From the NCBI GenBank assembly GCA_964035575.1, contig OZ037833.1:1178001-1242000 (forward strand): DNA of 64,000 nt, read 5' to 3'. Shown in pieces: positions 11,385 to 20,163 of this stretch. A program made the position numbers and the translations under genes. Source of the DNA: Rhynchopus sp. YZ270_cl-10 (Eukaryota). Under the pieces are notes generated by a model that saw only the letters and a list, made by a program, of their open reading frames with translations, was not told the DNA's origin and did not search any database. Positions within the stretch are counted from its first letter, which is position 1, and every line of letters starts with the position of its first letter.

Positions 11385-12791
11385 TTACAGCACAGCACTG
11401 ACCTCTTGCACAATCCCTGTCTTCAGGTTAAAGTCAACAACCTTATCGTAGTACACCAAACAATACAGGTACATGTCGTAGCTGGCCTCTCTCTCAATGT
11501 TCACTGTCAAGGTGTTTGCCTGGGTGCTTGAGACGCTGTCTTGGTTCAATGTGTTCTGAAGGTCAAAGCAGTACATGGGGTAGTACTTCCAGTCGTTGTA
11601 GGAGAGCAGCCCTTGAGTGGTGAACCCCATTCCCTCAGGATCCTTGTAGGCACTATGCATCTTCATGTACTCCTTGTAGGCAGACTCCCACTTGTTCTTA
11701 CCCACCTCAATTTCAAGATCCTTGCTTGGCACCTTGATGCCGTTCAGGTCAACAGAGATCTTCCTCACCATACCACTGTCAAAGCGCGACATATCATGCT
11801 CTTGACTCGTTTCCCTGGCTTTCGTTTGGCAGAAGATGATTGCACGTTTGATCCTTGTGTGCGACTTGATTGGTACAGGCCAGGAGATGTATGTGTCGCC
11901 AGCTGCAAACTCCTTCCTCTGAATTTGTGAAGACTCAAAGACCGCTTGAACCATACCAGACTTGTTGATGTAGCTCAGAACTCCAGCAAGCGGTGAAGGA
12001 GCCAAGGTGACACGAGGCATCCAGATCCTCATACCATACCCAACCCAGTTCAAGGCACGGTCACTAACCCCAGAAGAGCGAAGAACTAGAGCACTGTCGT
12101 CATTTACCTCAAAATTGAACTCCATAGGTATGTTGGTGAACATCTTCTTGTGGTACTGGAATATGTTGAAGATAAGACTGAGAGGAACCATGCAGTGTAT
12201 CTCTCTGTTCCCTGTGGTGCGTCTTGCGCGGTGTGAAGTGCTTGAGTCTCTGTTTGCAGTGTCATTGAACCCATCCACAAAGTCATCATTAACAGCATCC
12301 TTCCAAGTGATGTAGTGGCTAAGTAGATTGCTCCCCACAGTGTCATCGTATTGATTGGTGAAGTGAATGAGTGACTCTGCATTCATCTGCTGTCCTGCAA
12401 AGTTGGGAGTGTCCTCGATGTTGACCCCACCGATCTTGAGTGACTTCCTTCTGAAGAAGTTGAGAACATTTGACGTGAAGGCAGCTTTGTTATCATCATT
12501 GTCAGCAAAGGTCCATGCTTCTGTAGCATCCAGGGTCTTGTGTGCTGCAAGGTCTTCATACCCGTTACCACCTGCGTTGACCTTTACCATCTTGAAGGAC
12601 ATCTCCAAGAACCCTTCAGAGGGGATGATGTGGCTGCTCTGGTCAAGAAGGGTGAAGGTGAAGTCCCGCTCGACTCTTCCAAACTGGTTCTGCAGGTTGC
12701 TTGACTTCCCAGTGTCTTGGATGGTGATGTAGTCGTACCCACTGACATCGGAGTGTCTCTTGGTTTTCTCACTCAAATTGTAGAAGCTCAT
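11385..12791 (-). CDS. Major capsid protein (double jelly-roll, Polinton/PLV type), 468 aa
   Basis: Size, beta-rich character and motifs (FFRRKSLKIGGVNIED, VPLSLIFNIF, LNGIKVP, YPMYCFDL, LYCLVYYDK) typical of Polinton MCPs; viral context. Confidence 0.85.
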   Translation of the reverse strand: MSFYNLSEKTKRHSDVSGYDYITIQDTGKSSNLQNQFGRVERDFTFTLLDQSSHIIPSEGFLEMSFKMVKVNAGGNGYEDLAAHKTLDATEAWTFADNDDNKAAFTSNVLNFFRRKSLKIGGVNIEDTPNFAGQQMNAESLIHFTNQYDDTVGSNLLSHYITWKDAVNDDFVDGFNDTANRDSSTSHRARRTTGNREIHCMVPLSLIFNIFQYHKKMFTNIPMEFNFEVNDDSALVLRSSGVSDRALNWVGYGMRIWMPRVTLAPSPLAGVLSYINKSGMVQAVFESSQIQRKEFAAGDTYISWPVPIKSHTRIKRAIIFCQTKARETSQEHDMSRFDSGMVRKISVDLNGIKVPSKDLEIEVGKNKWESAYKEYMKMHSAYKDPEGMGFTTQGLLSYNDWKYYPMYCFDLQNTLNQDSVSSTQANTLTVNIEREASYDMYLYCLVYYDKVVDFNLKTGIVQEVSAVL

Positions 12792-14188
12792 TTTGATAAG
12801 CGGATTCTATCTTGAGCAAATAGAAATTGTCTCAGCTGTGTTTCATCGTTGAGTATGTCAGGTTTGAGTGTGGGGAATGCTCGTTGTGCTATGCCCTTCA
12901 TGCGTTCAAAGGATGGGTCTAGCGGTGGGAGAAGCTTAAGTCTTTTGTTGGTCTTCGGGGGTGTCGGGGTCTCCTGAGTTGACGTCTGTGGCTCCTGTGT
13001 CTCCTGTGTGTCATCTGACTCCCTCACTCTCTTCTTAGCTCTTGCCTCTGCTCTGGGGTTACTGTTCAGATCTTCATCTTTCCAATTAGGACCAGCAAGG
13101 TTGGTCATGAAGCTGTCCATTTGTGACTCGTGTTCTGCTTCTTCTACAGCTGTGTTTTGCGGAGCATCACCAAAGTCTTGTTCTGGAGTAGATCTTGGAG
13201 CATCACCAAAGTCTTCAGGGTCGTTGACCCCTCCTGGGTCTTCAGCCTCCTCCTCTTTCACTTTCAACAACCTCTCAATCCTCACCTTCCTCCCATTACT
13301 CAGTCTTGCATTGACTTGAGCCACACTAACCACACTAAAGATCTCCCTTGAAAACTTTTGCTTTGTCCCCTTTGCATGTATATTCTTACTCAACAACACC
13401 CTCACTCTATCACCAGGTTTTACACTAGACTGCGACACACTTGCTTTATCCAGGTTCATGATGAGTATGCTGACATCGTCGTTGGTGACAAGGTTCGGAG
13501 GCTTCTTGATGGTGCTGTGGTATCTGTTGTTGTAGGCGTACGTTAGCTCCTGAAGGCTGTCTACCCAGTTTGCTGTCTTGTTGATCTCAAAGTGCTTTTG
13601 CAGGATTTCTCGCAGTGTTCTTGAGATGCGGTCGACAATCCCAAGGGCGTTATGGTCTCCAACCTCATTCATCTGGTGTTCTATGCTGTGGGCGCTGAAG
13701 ACTTCCTTCACCATCAGGTTGTTGAATTCTAACCCGTTGTCACTCATGATCGTTTGAGGAAGGTCCTTCTTATCTGTCTGTATCTGATGTAGTATGTCTG
13801 TCAAGGCTTCTTTGACACTACCCATAGTCTTGTTCTTCAGGGGTCTGGTGTACAACTTTCTACTAAAGACGTCTATCAAGTTCAGGATCCACGAGTAGCC
13901 TTTGTTCCTTGTCTTGAGCTTCTGGAAGTCGAGGAGGTCCATCTGCATGACGTGGTTGATCTCGAAGGCTGTGATGTGACCCGACAGCTTGCTTGGTTTC
14001 TTCCTGAACAGCTGATATGCCCTCTGCTTGTGTATGTAGTCCTCTATCTCGTCAAGGGTATACTTTTCTTCGGGGTTGTGTAGCTCTGCGCCTGCAAACT
14101 GAAAGTCAAACAACCTCGCAGGATCAGTGATGTAACCTGAGTCTCGCCATAATTTGTTCAAGTTTACTCTTACTTCGTTTGAGCTCAT
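12788..14188 (-). CDS. rve-family (retroviral-like) integrase
   Basis: QMDLLD, LIDVFSRK, IMSDNGLEF, GIVDRISRTLR, YNNRYHSTIK, GDRVRV; acidic low-complexity C-terminus, no chromodomain seen. Confidence 0.95.
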   Translation of the reverse strand: MSSNEVRVNLNKLWRDSGYITDPARLFDFQFAGAELHNPEEKYTLDEIEDYIHKQRAYQLFRKKPSKLSGHITAFEINHVMQMDLLDFQKLKTRNKGYSWILNLIDVFSRKLYTRPLKNKTMGSVKEALTDILHQIQTDKKDLPQTIMSDNGLEFNNLMVKEVFSAHSIEHQMNEVGDHNALGIVDRISRTLREILQKHFEINKTANWVDSLQELTYAYNNRYHSTIKKPPNLVTNDDVSILIMNLDKASVSQSSVKPGDRVRVLLSKNIHAKGTKQKFSREIFSVVSVAQVNARLSNGRKVRIERLLKVKEEEAEDPGGVNDPEDFGDAPRSTPEQDFGDAPQNTAVEEAEHESQMDSFMTNLAGPNWKDEDLNSNPRAEARAKKRVRESDDTQETQEPQTSTQETPTPPKTNKRLKLLPPLDPSFERMKGIAQRAFPTLKPDILNDETQLRQFLFAQDRIRLSK

Positions 14189-14208
14189 TTATTTCTTCTA
14201 CACAAAAA

Positions 14209-14610
14209 ATGGTCACTACAAGCAGATATCAGAAGACACCAGTGTACGTATCACCTGTCGACATGCAGAGGATTGCAGATGCCTTAGGTGGGAAGAGCAA
14301 GACCGTATCAGTTACGTTGCATGCAAGTGGTATCAAACGGTATCCATTGCCACTAACCTCAAAGCAGAAGGAGAAGGTCAAGGAGAAGGGGTCAACACGC
14401 ATCACTTTAAGTCAACCACAGCTGCTGTTCATTGGAGGTGATAGGAAGGAGGGAGGGTTCTTGCAGTTCTTGGTACCGTTGTTGGCAGCAGGAGCAAGTG
14501 CACTCGCAGGCTCGCTTGGGACACAGCTTGGTAGCACAGCAGGGAAGTTCATTGATAGGAAGGTGAATGGGCGTGGTCTGATAGCACCTGGTAGAAGGTT
14601 AAAAAAATAG
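14209..14610 (+). CDS. Adenovirus pX/mu-like core (maturation substrate) protein, 133 aa
   Basis: Basic protein with KEGGFLQFLVPLLAAGASAL, resembling the GG|ILPLLIPLIAAA segment of adenovirus pX; AAAAATG start at 14209. Confidence 0.65.
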   Translation: MVTTSRYQKTPVYVSPVDMQRIADALGGKSKTVSVTLHASGIKRYPLPLTSKQKEKVKEKGSTRITLSQPQLLFIGGDRKEGGFLQFLVPLLAAGASALAGSLGTQLGSTAGKFIDRKVNGRGLIAPGRRLKK

Positions 14611-15062
14611 GGGGCTTTGCTCCTGAACCTCTTCGAGATGATGAGATTATAGACTGGTGTAGAGATCAGGGCATAGAGCTGAAAGGTATGGTGATGAGGG
14701 ATGAGATTACTGACAACATGGATGGGTTGTACTTGATAAACTTAGATGAGAGAGAGGGTAAAGGAACACATTGGGTAGGTTTCTTTCATGACACTGACCT
14801 TACTTTCTACTTTGACCCCCTTGGTTTACCCCCTCCCCAAGAATTGACTGCACACTACAAACCCCTCACATACAACAGCAATCAAATACAGGATGTCTCT
14901 TCTGCACTATGTGGCTACTTTGTGTGTTTGTTCTTCAAGTACATGCATACGTATGAGGACAAATATGAAGGCTTCTACGCAATGACACACGGGATCTTTG
15001 GCAGCGACACAAAAGAAAACGAACGCGTACTTCTTGAGGATGTGTACGATGTATCAAAATGA
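14607..15062 (+). CDS. Adenain-like cysteine maturation protease, probably expressed as a -1 frameshift fusion to the upstream ORF
   Basis: GTHWV (His), FDPLG (Asp), QIQ, LCGYF (Cys). The frame is open from 14595 but has no ATG before 14688. Confidence 0.9.
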   Translation: MGGFAPEPLRDDEIIDWCRDQGIELKGMVMRDEITDNMDGLYLINLDEREGKGTHWVGFFHDTDLTFYFDPLGLPPPQELTAHYKPLTYNSNQIQDVSSALCGYFVCLFFKYMHTYEDKYEGFYAMTHGIFGSDTKENERVLLEDVYDVSK

Positions 15063-15694
15063 CCTCATATTGTGTAAAGTGCAAGACAAAGACCACAGAT
15101 GTCGATGGAGAGGAGACAACAACAAAGAACGGACGTCGAGGTGTGAAGAGCAAGTGTGCTGATTGCGGTACAAAGAAATTCAGGTTTGCCAAAGGATCTA
15201 CAGCTGAAAAACAAGGAGGAGACATTGTGAAGGCACTCAACGACAAGTTCCCAGACACAGAGTTCCACTTCCCAGTCATGAACGAAAAAACAGGACAAGT
15301 CGAGAAGGCTAACTTCATGGGACCAAACACAAAGCTGGAAGAGAGAATCAAAGACCTTGAGAAGAATGCTGAACGTGCATGGAAGGGAGAGCAGATACCA
15401 AAGGAGGACATCATAACACCAGGCAAATCAAGGTTCGATGAAAGTGCGATGATACACGACCTGCAGTACAAACATGCAGGAAAGATAGGGAAGAGTGGGA
15501 AGGATGTACGTAAGATGAAGCACAAAGCAGACCTACAACTCATCCGATCAAACATCTACCATGCACTAGACCCCAACAACAAGAGCTCAATAGACAGAGT
15601 ACAGCACATAGCGAGTGTCCCCACCTTCATCCTCAAGATCCTAGGGGAGACAGCGTATGGCAAGATCACAGGGAATGGAATAGAGATAAACTAG
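15059..15694 (+). CDS. Zn-ribbon plus parvovirus VP1u-like phospholipase A2 protein
   Basis: YCVKCK...CADCGTKK, then FMGPNT...DESAMIHDLQY...KADLQL (HD catalytic dyad). Confidence 0.85.
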   Translation: MTSYCVKCKTKTTDVDGEETTTKNGRRGVKSKCADCGTKKFRFAKGSTAEKQGGDIVKALNDKFPDTEFHFPVMNEKTGQVEKANFMGPNTKLEERIKDLEKNAERAWKGEQIPKEDIITPGKSRFDESAMIHDLQYKHAGKIGKSGKDVRKMKHKADLQLIRSNIYHALDPNNKSSIDRVQHIASVPTFILKILGETAYGKITGNGIEIN

Positions 15695-15696
15695 AC

Positions 15697-15987
15697 TCAG
15701 GAGCAGAGCTCCCTCGAGGGTGCTAACAGCACCGAAGACTCAAATAATACATATCGCAGAGATATGTATAGACACACTTGTATTGTGACCAACCCGTTCC
15801 CAAGCACAACATTATGCCTCTTAGAGATGTCAGCCAGTACATCAAGCACCTTCTTGTTGTCTCTTTCTTCTTGCTTCTCTTGCTTCTCCTCCATGTCTAC
15901 CCCACTACCCTCCACCAAATCACTCCAGGTTCTCTTCCTCCCTGATACCCTTTCACTATCCCTCACTAGATTTGACCACGATGACAT
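15697..15987 (-). CDS. Small viral protein of unknown function
   Basis: A-tract ATG 6 nt after the mCP stop; contains GSG/GNG motifs; 3' part overlaps the hairpin, so the end is uncertain. Confidence 0.5.
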   Translation of the reverse strand: MSSWSNLVRDSERVSGRKRTWSDLVEGSGVDMEEKQEKQEERDNKKVLDVLADISKRHNVVLGNGLVTIQVCLYISLRYVLFESSVLLAPSRELCS

Positions 15988-15993
15988 TTTTTT

Positions 15994-16734
15994 TTAGTAC
16001 GAAGATTTTACTTTGCGAAGGATAACATGATAGTTGACGTTCTCCCCTTGGTTGTTGATGCGCTTCCCATTCTGGTCTGTGAGCCAGAACCTTATGCTGT
16101 TGATCTGGGTCTTGTTGGTGGGGACATAGTACGAGCTGCCAGGTTCTACCACGTTGTACAAACTACTAGGAGGGAGGGAGGGTGGGCTGACAACATACAA
16201 GATTTGCGACTTGGTGCCTGATGTGCCGGTGTTGTGGTAAGAATACTTTGGGTTCACAAGATCACAGTGTACAACGACTGCTTGGATTCCGTTTGTGATG
16301 TCTGCGACGTGAGGCGCAGTGTTCACACCTGCACTTATGATGGTGTTCTCAGCAAAGCCTAAGATGCCATAGAAGGAGCCTGTTCTGAAGTTCACTTGAT
16401 AGTTAGCAGGTAGGGTGATCTTAATCTTCTGCAGGGCTAGGATGGGCTCTAGTGTGATTTCCGATGGTATGTGGTCGTTGATCTCAGAGATGCTGTAGTT
16501 CCCGTCACCGAACACTATTGTCTCCCATGAAGAACCGTTGTCACGACTCCACTCAAAGAAGTTGTTGCCTTGCTGCTGGCTGATGTTTGTCCACGAGTAG
16601 TACTGGCTGCTCTTGATGAGACTTATCTCGTAGCTGTCACCTTCGTCAAGGTATATGGGAGGGTTGTAGGCAACAGTGAAGTCAGTGGAGATTGGCTCTC
16701 CTTCAGAGGAGACAAAGAGTGAGAGTTGTTCCAT
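15994..16734 (-). CDS. Minor capsid protein (penton, single jelly-roll), 246 aa
   Basis: YYSWTNIS..NNFF, GNYSISEIN, ILGF, VHCDLV, IRFWLTDQNG motifs typical of Polinton mCP. Confidence 0.85.
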   Translation of the reverse strand: MEQLSLFVSSEGEPISTDFTVAYNPPIYLDEGDSYEISLIKSSQYYSWTNISQQQGNNFFEWSRDNGSSWETIVFGDGNYSISEINDHIPSEITLEPILALQKIKITLPANYQVNFRTGSFYGILGFAENTIISAGVNTAPHVADITNGIQAVVVHCDLVNPKYSYHNTGTSGTKSQILYVVSPPSLPPSSLYNVVEPGSSYYVPTNKTQINSIRFWLTDQNGKRINNQGENVNYHVILRKVKSSY

Positions 16735-16736
16735 TT

Positions 16737-17357
16737 TTATGAGTTGATTTCTTGTGTGAGGAGTTTGTGTTCCTCTAGGTCTATCTTGTTGTTGTTCAGA
16801 AGCCAGTCAAGGATAGTGGCTGCTTCTTGTTTGATTTCTTGACTTGTATTACCTGCCTTCTTTCCTCCTATCAAGATCGTCAGTCTATTCATTGCACCCT
16901 CGGTGTCCATTTGATACACACCACTCCCAGTCTTACCTCCTTTACCTTTACCCATACCTTTCCCTTTACCTTTACCTGTCGATGGTGTCGGAGTAATGCT
17001 ACCATCAAAAGTAGGCGGATTGTTGGGGTTATGGAAGTTCCATGTCGGACCCAGGTTCGGTGTCAGGTTCGGTGTCAAATTCGGGGTCTGCATACTACTA
17101 ATATGTGATAAAGCTTCTTGGAATGATGTCTGGTCTGAAGCACTCGGTTGTGGTGTGGATGTTGAGGTATATGTTGCAATTCCTGATAAGAAGTTGTCAG
17201 TTTGGTCTCCCTCATCTGAAGTCTTGATCGGGGCATCAATCTCCTTCAGGGTTTCTTGTTCGTTGAGAATATCAGATCGTTGTTGTGCTATGGAGTTCTT
17301 CAGTCTACCAATATCGCGTAGAAGCTTCTCGAGACTTGATGTATTGTTCAGTTGCAT
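16737..17357 (-). CDS. Polinton-type protein of unknown function
   Basis: C-terminal RLTILIGGKKAGNT...ILDWL motif after a GK-rich linker and KTGSG; AAAAATG start. Confidence 0.7.
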   Translation of the reverse strand: MQLNNTSSLEKLLRDIGRLKNSIAQQRSDILNEQETLKEIDAPIKTSDEGDQTDNFLSGIATYTSTSTPQPSASDQTSFQEALSHISSMQTPNLTPNLTPNLGPTWNFHNPNNPPTFDGSITPTPSTGKGKGKGMGKGKGGKTGSGVYQMDTEGAMNRLTILIGGKKAGNTSQEIKQEAATILDWLLNNNKIDLEEHKLLTQEINS

Positions 17358-17374
17358 TTTTTGTTATTGCAAAA

Positions 17375-18115
17375 ATGATACGCAATTACGTTACGAGGAA
17401 TGAGTCACCTGAGGATGATGAACATTCAAAGCTTCTTCCGTCGTGGCCATTCAGGATGTTGTCTGTCGGATCTTCTGGGTGTGGGAAGAGCACAGTGATG
17501 GGGAATATGCTGATGAACAAGGAGTTGAAGTTACCGTTTGACAGGGTCTTCGTTATCAGCACAACACTACACCAAAAGATCTACCAGGTTATGATGGAAC
17601 ACTTTGCAGACATTGACGAGAAGATACGAAGTGAGCTGGAACGGGAGTTGAAGAAGAAGAAGGTGAGTGAGGAGAAGATCGACGAGACCTTAGAAGCCTT
17701 GAAGCCAACAGCAGAGTTCTTCGACAGTGTTGATGAGTTCGATGTGGAGGACCTTGACCCCAACCAGAAGAATCTTGTGTTGTTGGATGACATTGTGATG
17801 GAGAAGAAACAGAGAGACTTCATTGACCTGTATGTACGTGGACGTCATCGCAACATCTCACCAGTCTACCTGAGTCAGAGCTTCTATGACACCCCAAAGG
17901 CGATACGACAGAACTGTAGCTGCTTCCTGCTGTTCAACCTCAACAAGAAGGAGAGACGGATGATAGCGACTTCATGCAGCGACCTTGAGCCTGATGAGTT
18001 CAACAGTATGTTTGAGGGTCTGCCCCGGTACAACTTCGTCATGATCGACAACCAGCCTGTTGTTCCTGAATTGAAGTATCGAAGGAACTTTGATGAGATT
18101 CTGTTTCCAGGATGA
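17375..18115 (+). CDS. FtsK/HerA-superfamily (poxvirus A32-like) genome packaging ATPase
   Basis: Walker A GSSGCGKS, Walker B VLLDD, RGRHRNIS..LSQS..PKAIRQN. Confidence 0.95.
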   Translation: MIRNYVTRNESPEDDEHSKLLPSWPFRMLSVGSSGCGKSTVMGNMLMNKELKLPFDRVFVISTTLHQKIYQVMMEHFADIDEKIRSELERELKKKKVSEEKIDETLEALKPTAEFFDSVDEFDVEDLDPNQKNLVLLDDIVMEKKQRDFIDLYVRGRHRNISPVYLSQSFYDTPKAIRQNCSCFLLFNLNKKERRMIATSCSDLEPDEFNSMFEGLPRYNFVMIDNQPVVPELKYRRNFDEILFPG

Positions 18116-18126
18116 TAAGAGAAACG

Positions 18127-18282
18127 ATGTCCGACAAGACGAGAGACTCAGAAACGAAGGTTCCTCGAGGGAATTCAGCCCGAGATGTGAGTTCGAGTGG
18201 GAGTGTTGGGAGCAAGATAGTGACTGTGATGTGTTGCAGGAGCAAATGTGTAGGGAACCCCAAGGTTGTGGTCAAACGGTAG
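18127..18282 (+). CDS. Possible 51-aa last viral ORF (MSDKTRD...CCRSKC...VVKR)
   Basis: Starts 11 nt after the ATPase stop; below the ORF-track cutoff; no recognisable domain. Confidence 0.3.
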   Translation: MSDKTRDSETKVPRGNSARDVSSSGSVGSKIVTVMCCRSKCVGNPKVVVKR

Positions 18283-18540
18283 GTATTGTTATACACATGC
18301 CATGTACGCGGTGAGGGGCACGTTGCAGATGTTGAGGAAGGAGATAAGAAAAGCCCATTCCCACCGTACTCACTCTTTTTGTTCATGTCCCCACCTGCCT
18401 CCTTCACTTGTGCCCACTCTTTTTCCACCCTCAACCTGCATTCCGACTATTTCACGCCGCATTGCCGCGGAATTCCAATGTGAACGACGGAGCACACCAT
18501 TCCTCCCTATTATCATCACCGGCCCCACACTTACACAGTA

Positions 18541-20163
18541 ATGCACCAACAGGAAACTACACAAATGACAAAATACAACAAAATGTGGCAATGGGCTCGA
18601 AAGGCCCATGACCAGGTCATTGAAGTTGGGGGTTTGAAAATTGGTGGAGGAATGTCCTTGAGCGTACTATGTTGGGAAGGCGCGAAGTACGCATGGCATA
18701 CATACAATGTAACAAACTATGGTCCAGACACCCTCTACGATCTCAAGAACAAGATGGAGGAGTCCCACGCACACCTCGACGAAATGCTCAAGAAGATTGT
18801 CACAGCACCGTACAAACCCGAAGTACCAAATGGCAGGGAGTATGTTCCAAGACAGCAAGATGGTGCACTGGAGAAGGATTTACAAGAGAACATCGCCAGC
18901 GAGACAGACTTCTTCTTGTTGATGGGTGAGAGCGGCTCAGGCAAAACCACGATGATGCAGCATTTGCTGAAAAAAAACTACAAGGAAGGCGTGATCTTTG
19001 TGGCGGTCCATGCGGATAAGCTGGTGGATGTGCCTAAAAACAAGGTGAGAGATGTGGTTGAGGCGGCTGTGCTCGAGCAGTTCGAAGAGTGCAAGGATCA
19101 TCCCCGCCATAAGCCCAGTTTTACGGGCTTCATCAAACACGCTAACGAGGTCCGGAAGAGGGCGAAGAAGGGGAAGAAGGCACATCCGCTGATCATCTAC
19201 ATCACTCTGGATACGAAGGAAGCTACAGAGCTCAGTTACGAGACTATGGGGAACATTGCCGTGGCTGTCGGGGGAATGGCAAGCGACCTTTCATCGAAGC
19301 AGAACTGTTGCAAGACCATTCTCGAGTTCTCCAAAACAGGAATATCCGACACGCTCAAGAAAATCCGCACTGATTTCGACCGTTTTGAAGTGGGTGCGAT
19401 GACAGAGGAGGAACTCCTGGCTATTGGGGAACAGCTAGTGCTGAAGGGTCCCCTGTATCTTGCGATGACAGAGGCCGAGAGGAAGGCGTTCCTAGTGAAG
19501 AAGGATCCCCAGAATCTTATTGGGCCGTATCTCAAGCACTATCACGACTGGTTGGGCGGACAGACAAAGACCTTGGCGGGGTTCATCAAAACAAAGGTGG
19601 GGTCTAAAAGTATGCAGAGTCTTTGTTGCCTTTTTGTACAATATGATTATTAACCACACATCTCATCGCAGTTGAGTCTGCCACCGCTGAAACAAAGGAT
19701 GAGGTTTTGACGAAGCTGAAGGCGGGTATGCTGTTGTTGGGGTGGGTAGTTTGTCAATTATGAGACACACGTATTGCACAGGGATCGATGGGAGGTAGTA
19801 CCGTGCGAATATTATTATTTTATGAATGATTAAACACATCACTTCGCAGGTATCGATGACAAGTATGACCTCGCATGCGAAAGCCTGGACAAACAGCCGC
19901 ATCTGGATGTTCTGAAGGGCATGGCACAGGCTGGAGCAGATGGTGTTCCCCACCGTGCTGCCAACAATGCTGCTATTACTGAACTCAGCAAACGTGACTC
20001 AGACTCTACACTGATCCGCACAGTGGGTGAGACCCACGTGAGGATCCACCGCTACTCTCACGCACTGTACCTGAATGGCGTGAAGGGGCCAGATGACGAA
20101 GGCGTGGAGAAGAATATTACAGAAGTGAAGGAGAAGTTCGGGATGAACGCGAAGTCTGCGTGA
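18541..20163 (+). CDS. Intron-containing P-loop NTPase (AAA/STAND-like); exons 18541-19609, 19672-19725, 19850-20163; 5' end uncertain
   Basis: YVPR...LLMGESGSGKTT. Two GTATGC...CGCAG introns (19610-19671, 19726-19849) splice in frame into the 19921-20163 ORF. Confidence 0.8.

Larger units (their letters stand above)
3751..18282. mobile_element. Endogenous Polinton/Maverick-like dsDNA virus (left terminus present, right TIR not found)
   Basis: Compact intronless cluster of pPolB, rve integrase, MCP, mCP, adenain, packaging ATPase and PLA2. Starts with AGT, as Polinton termini typically do. The right boundary is approximate and may extend to 20521. Confidence 0.95.
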
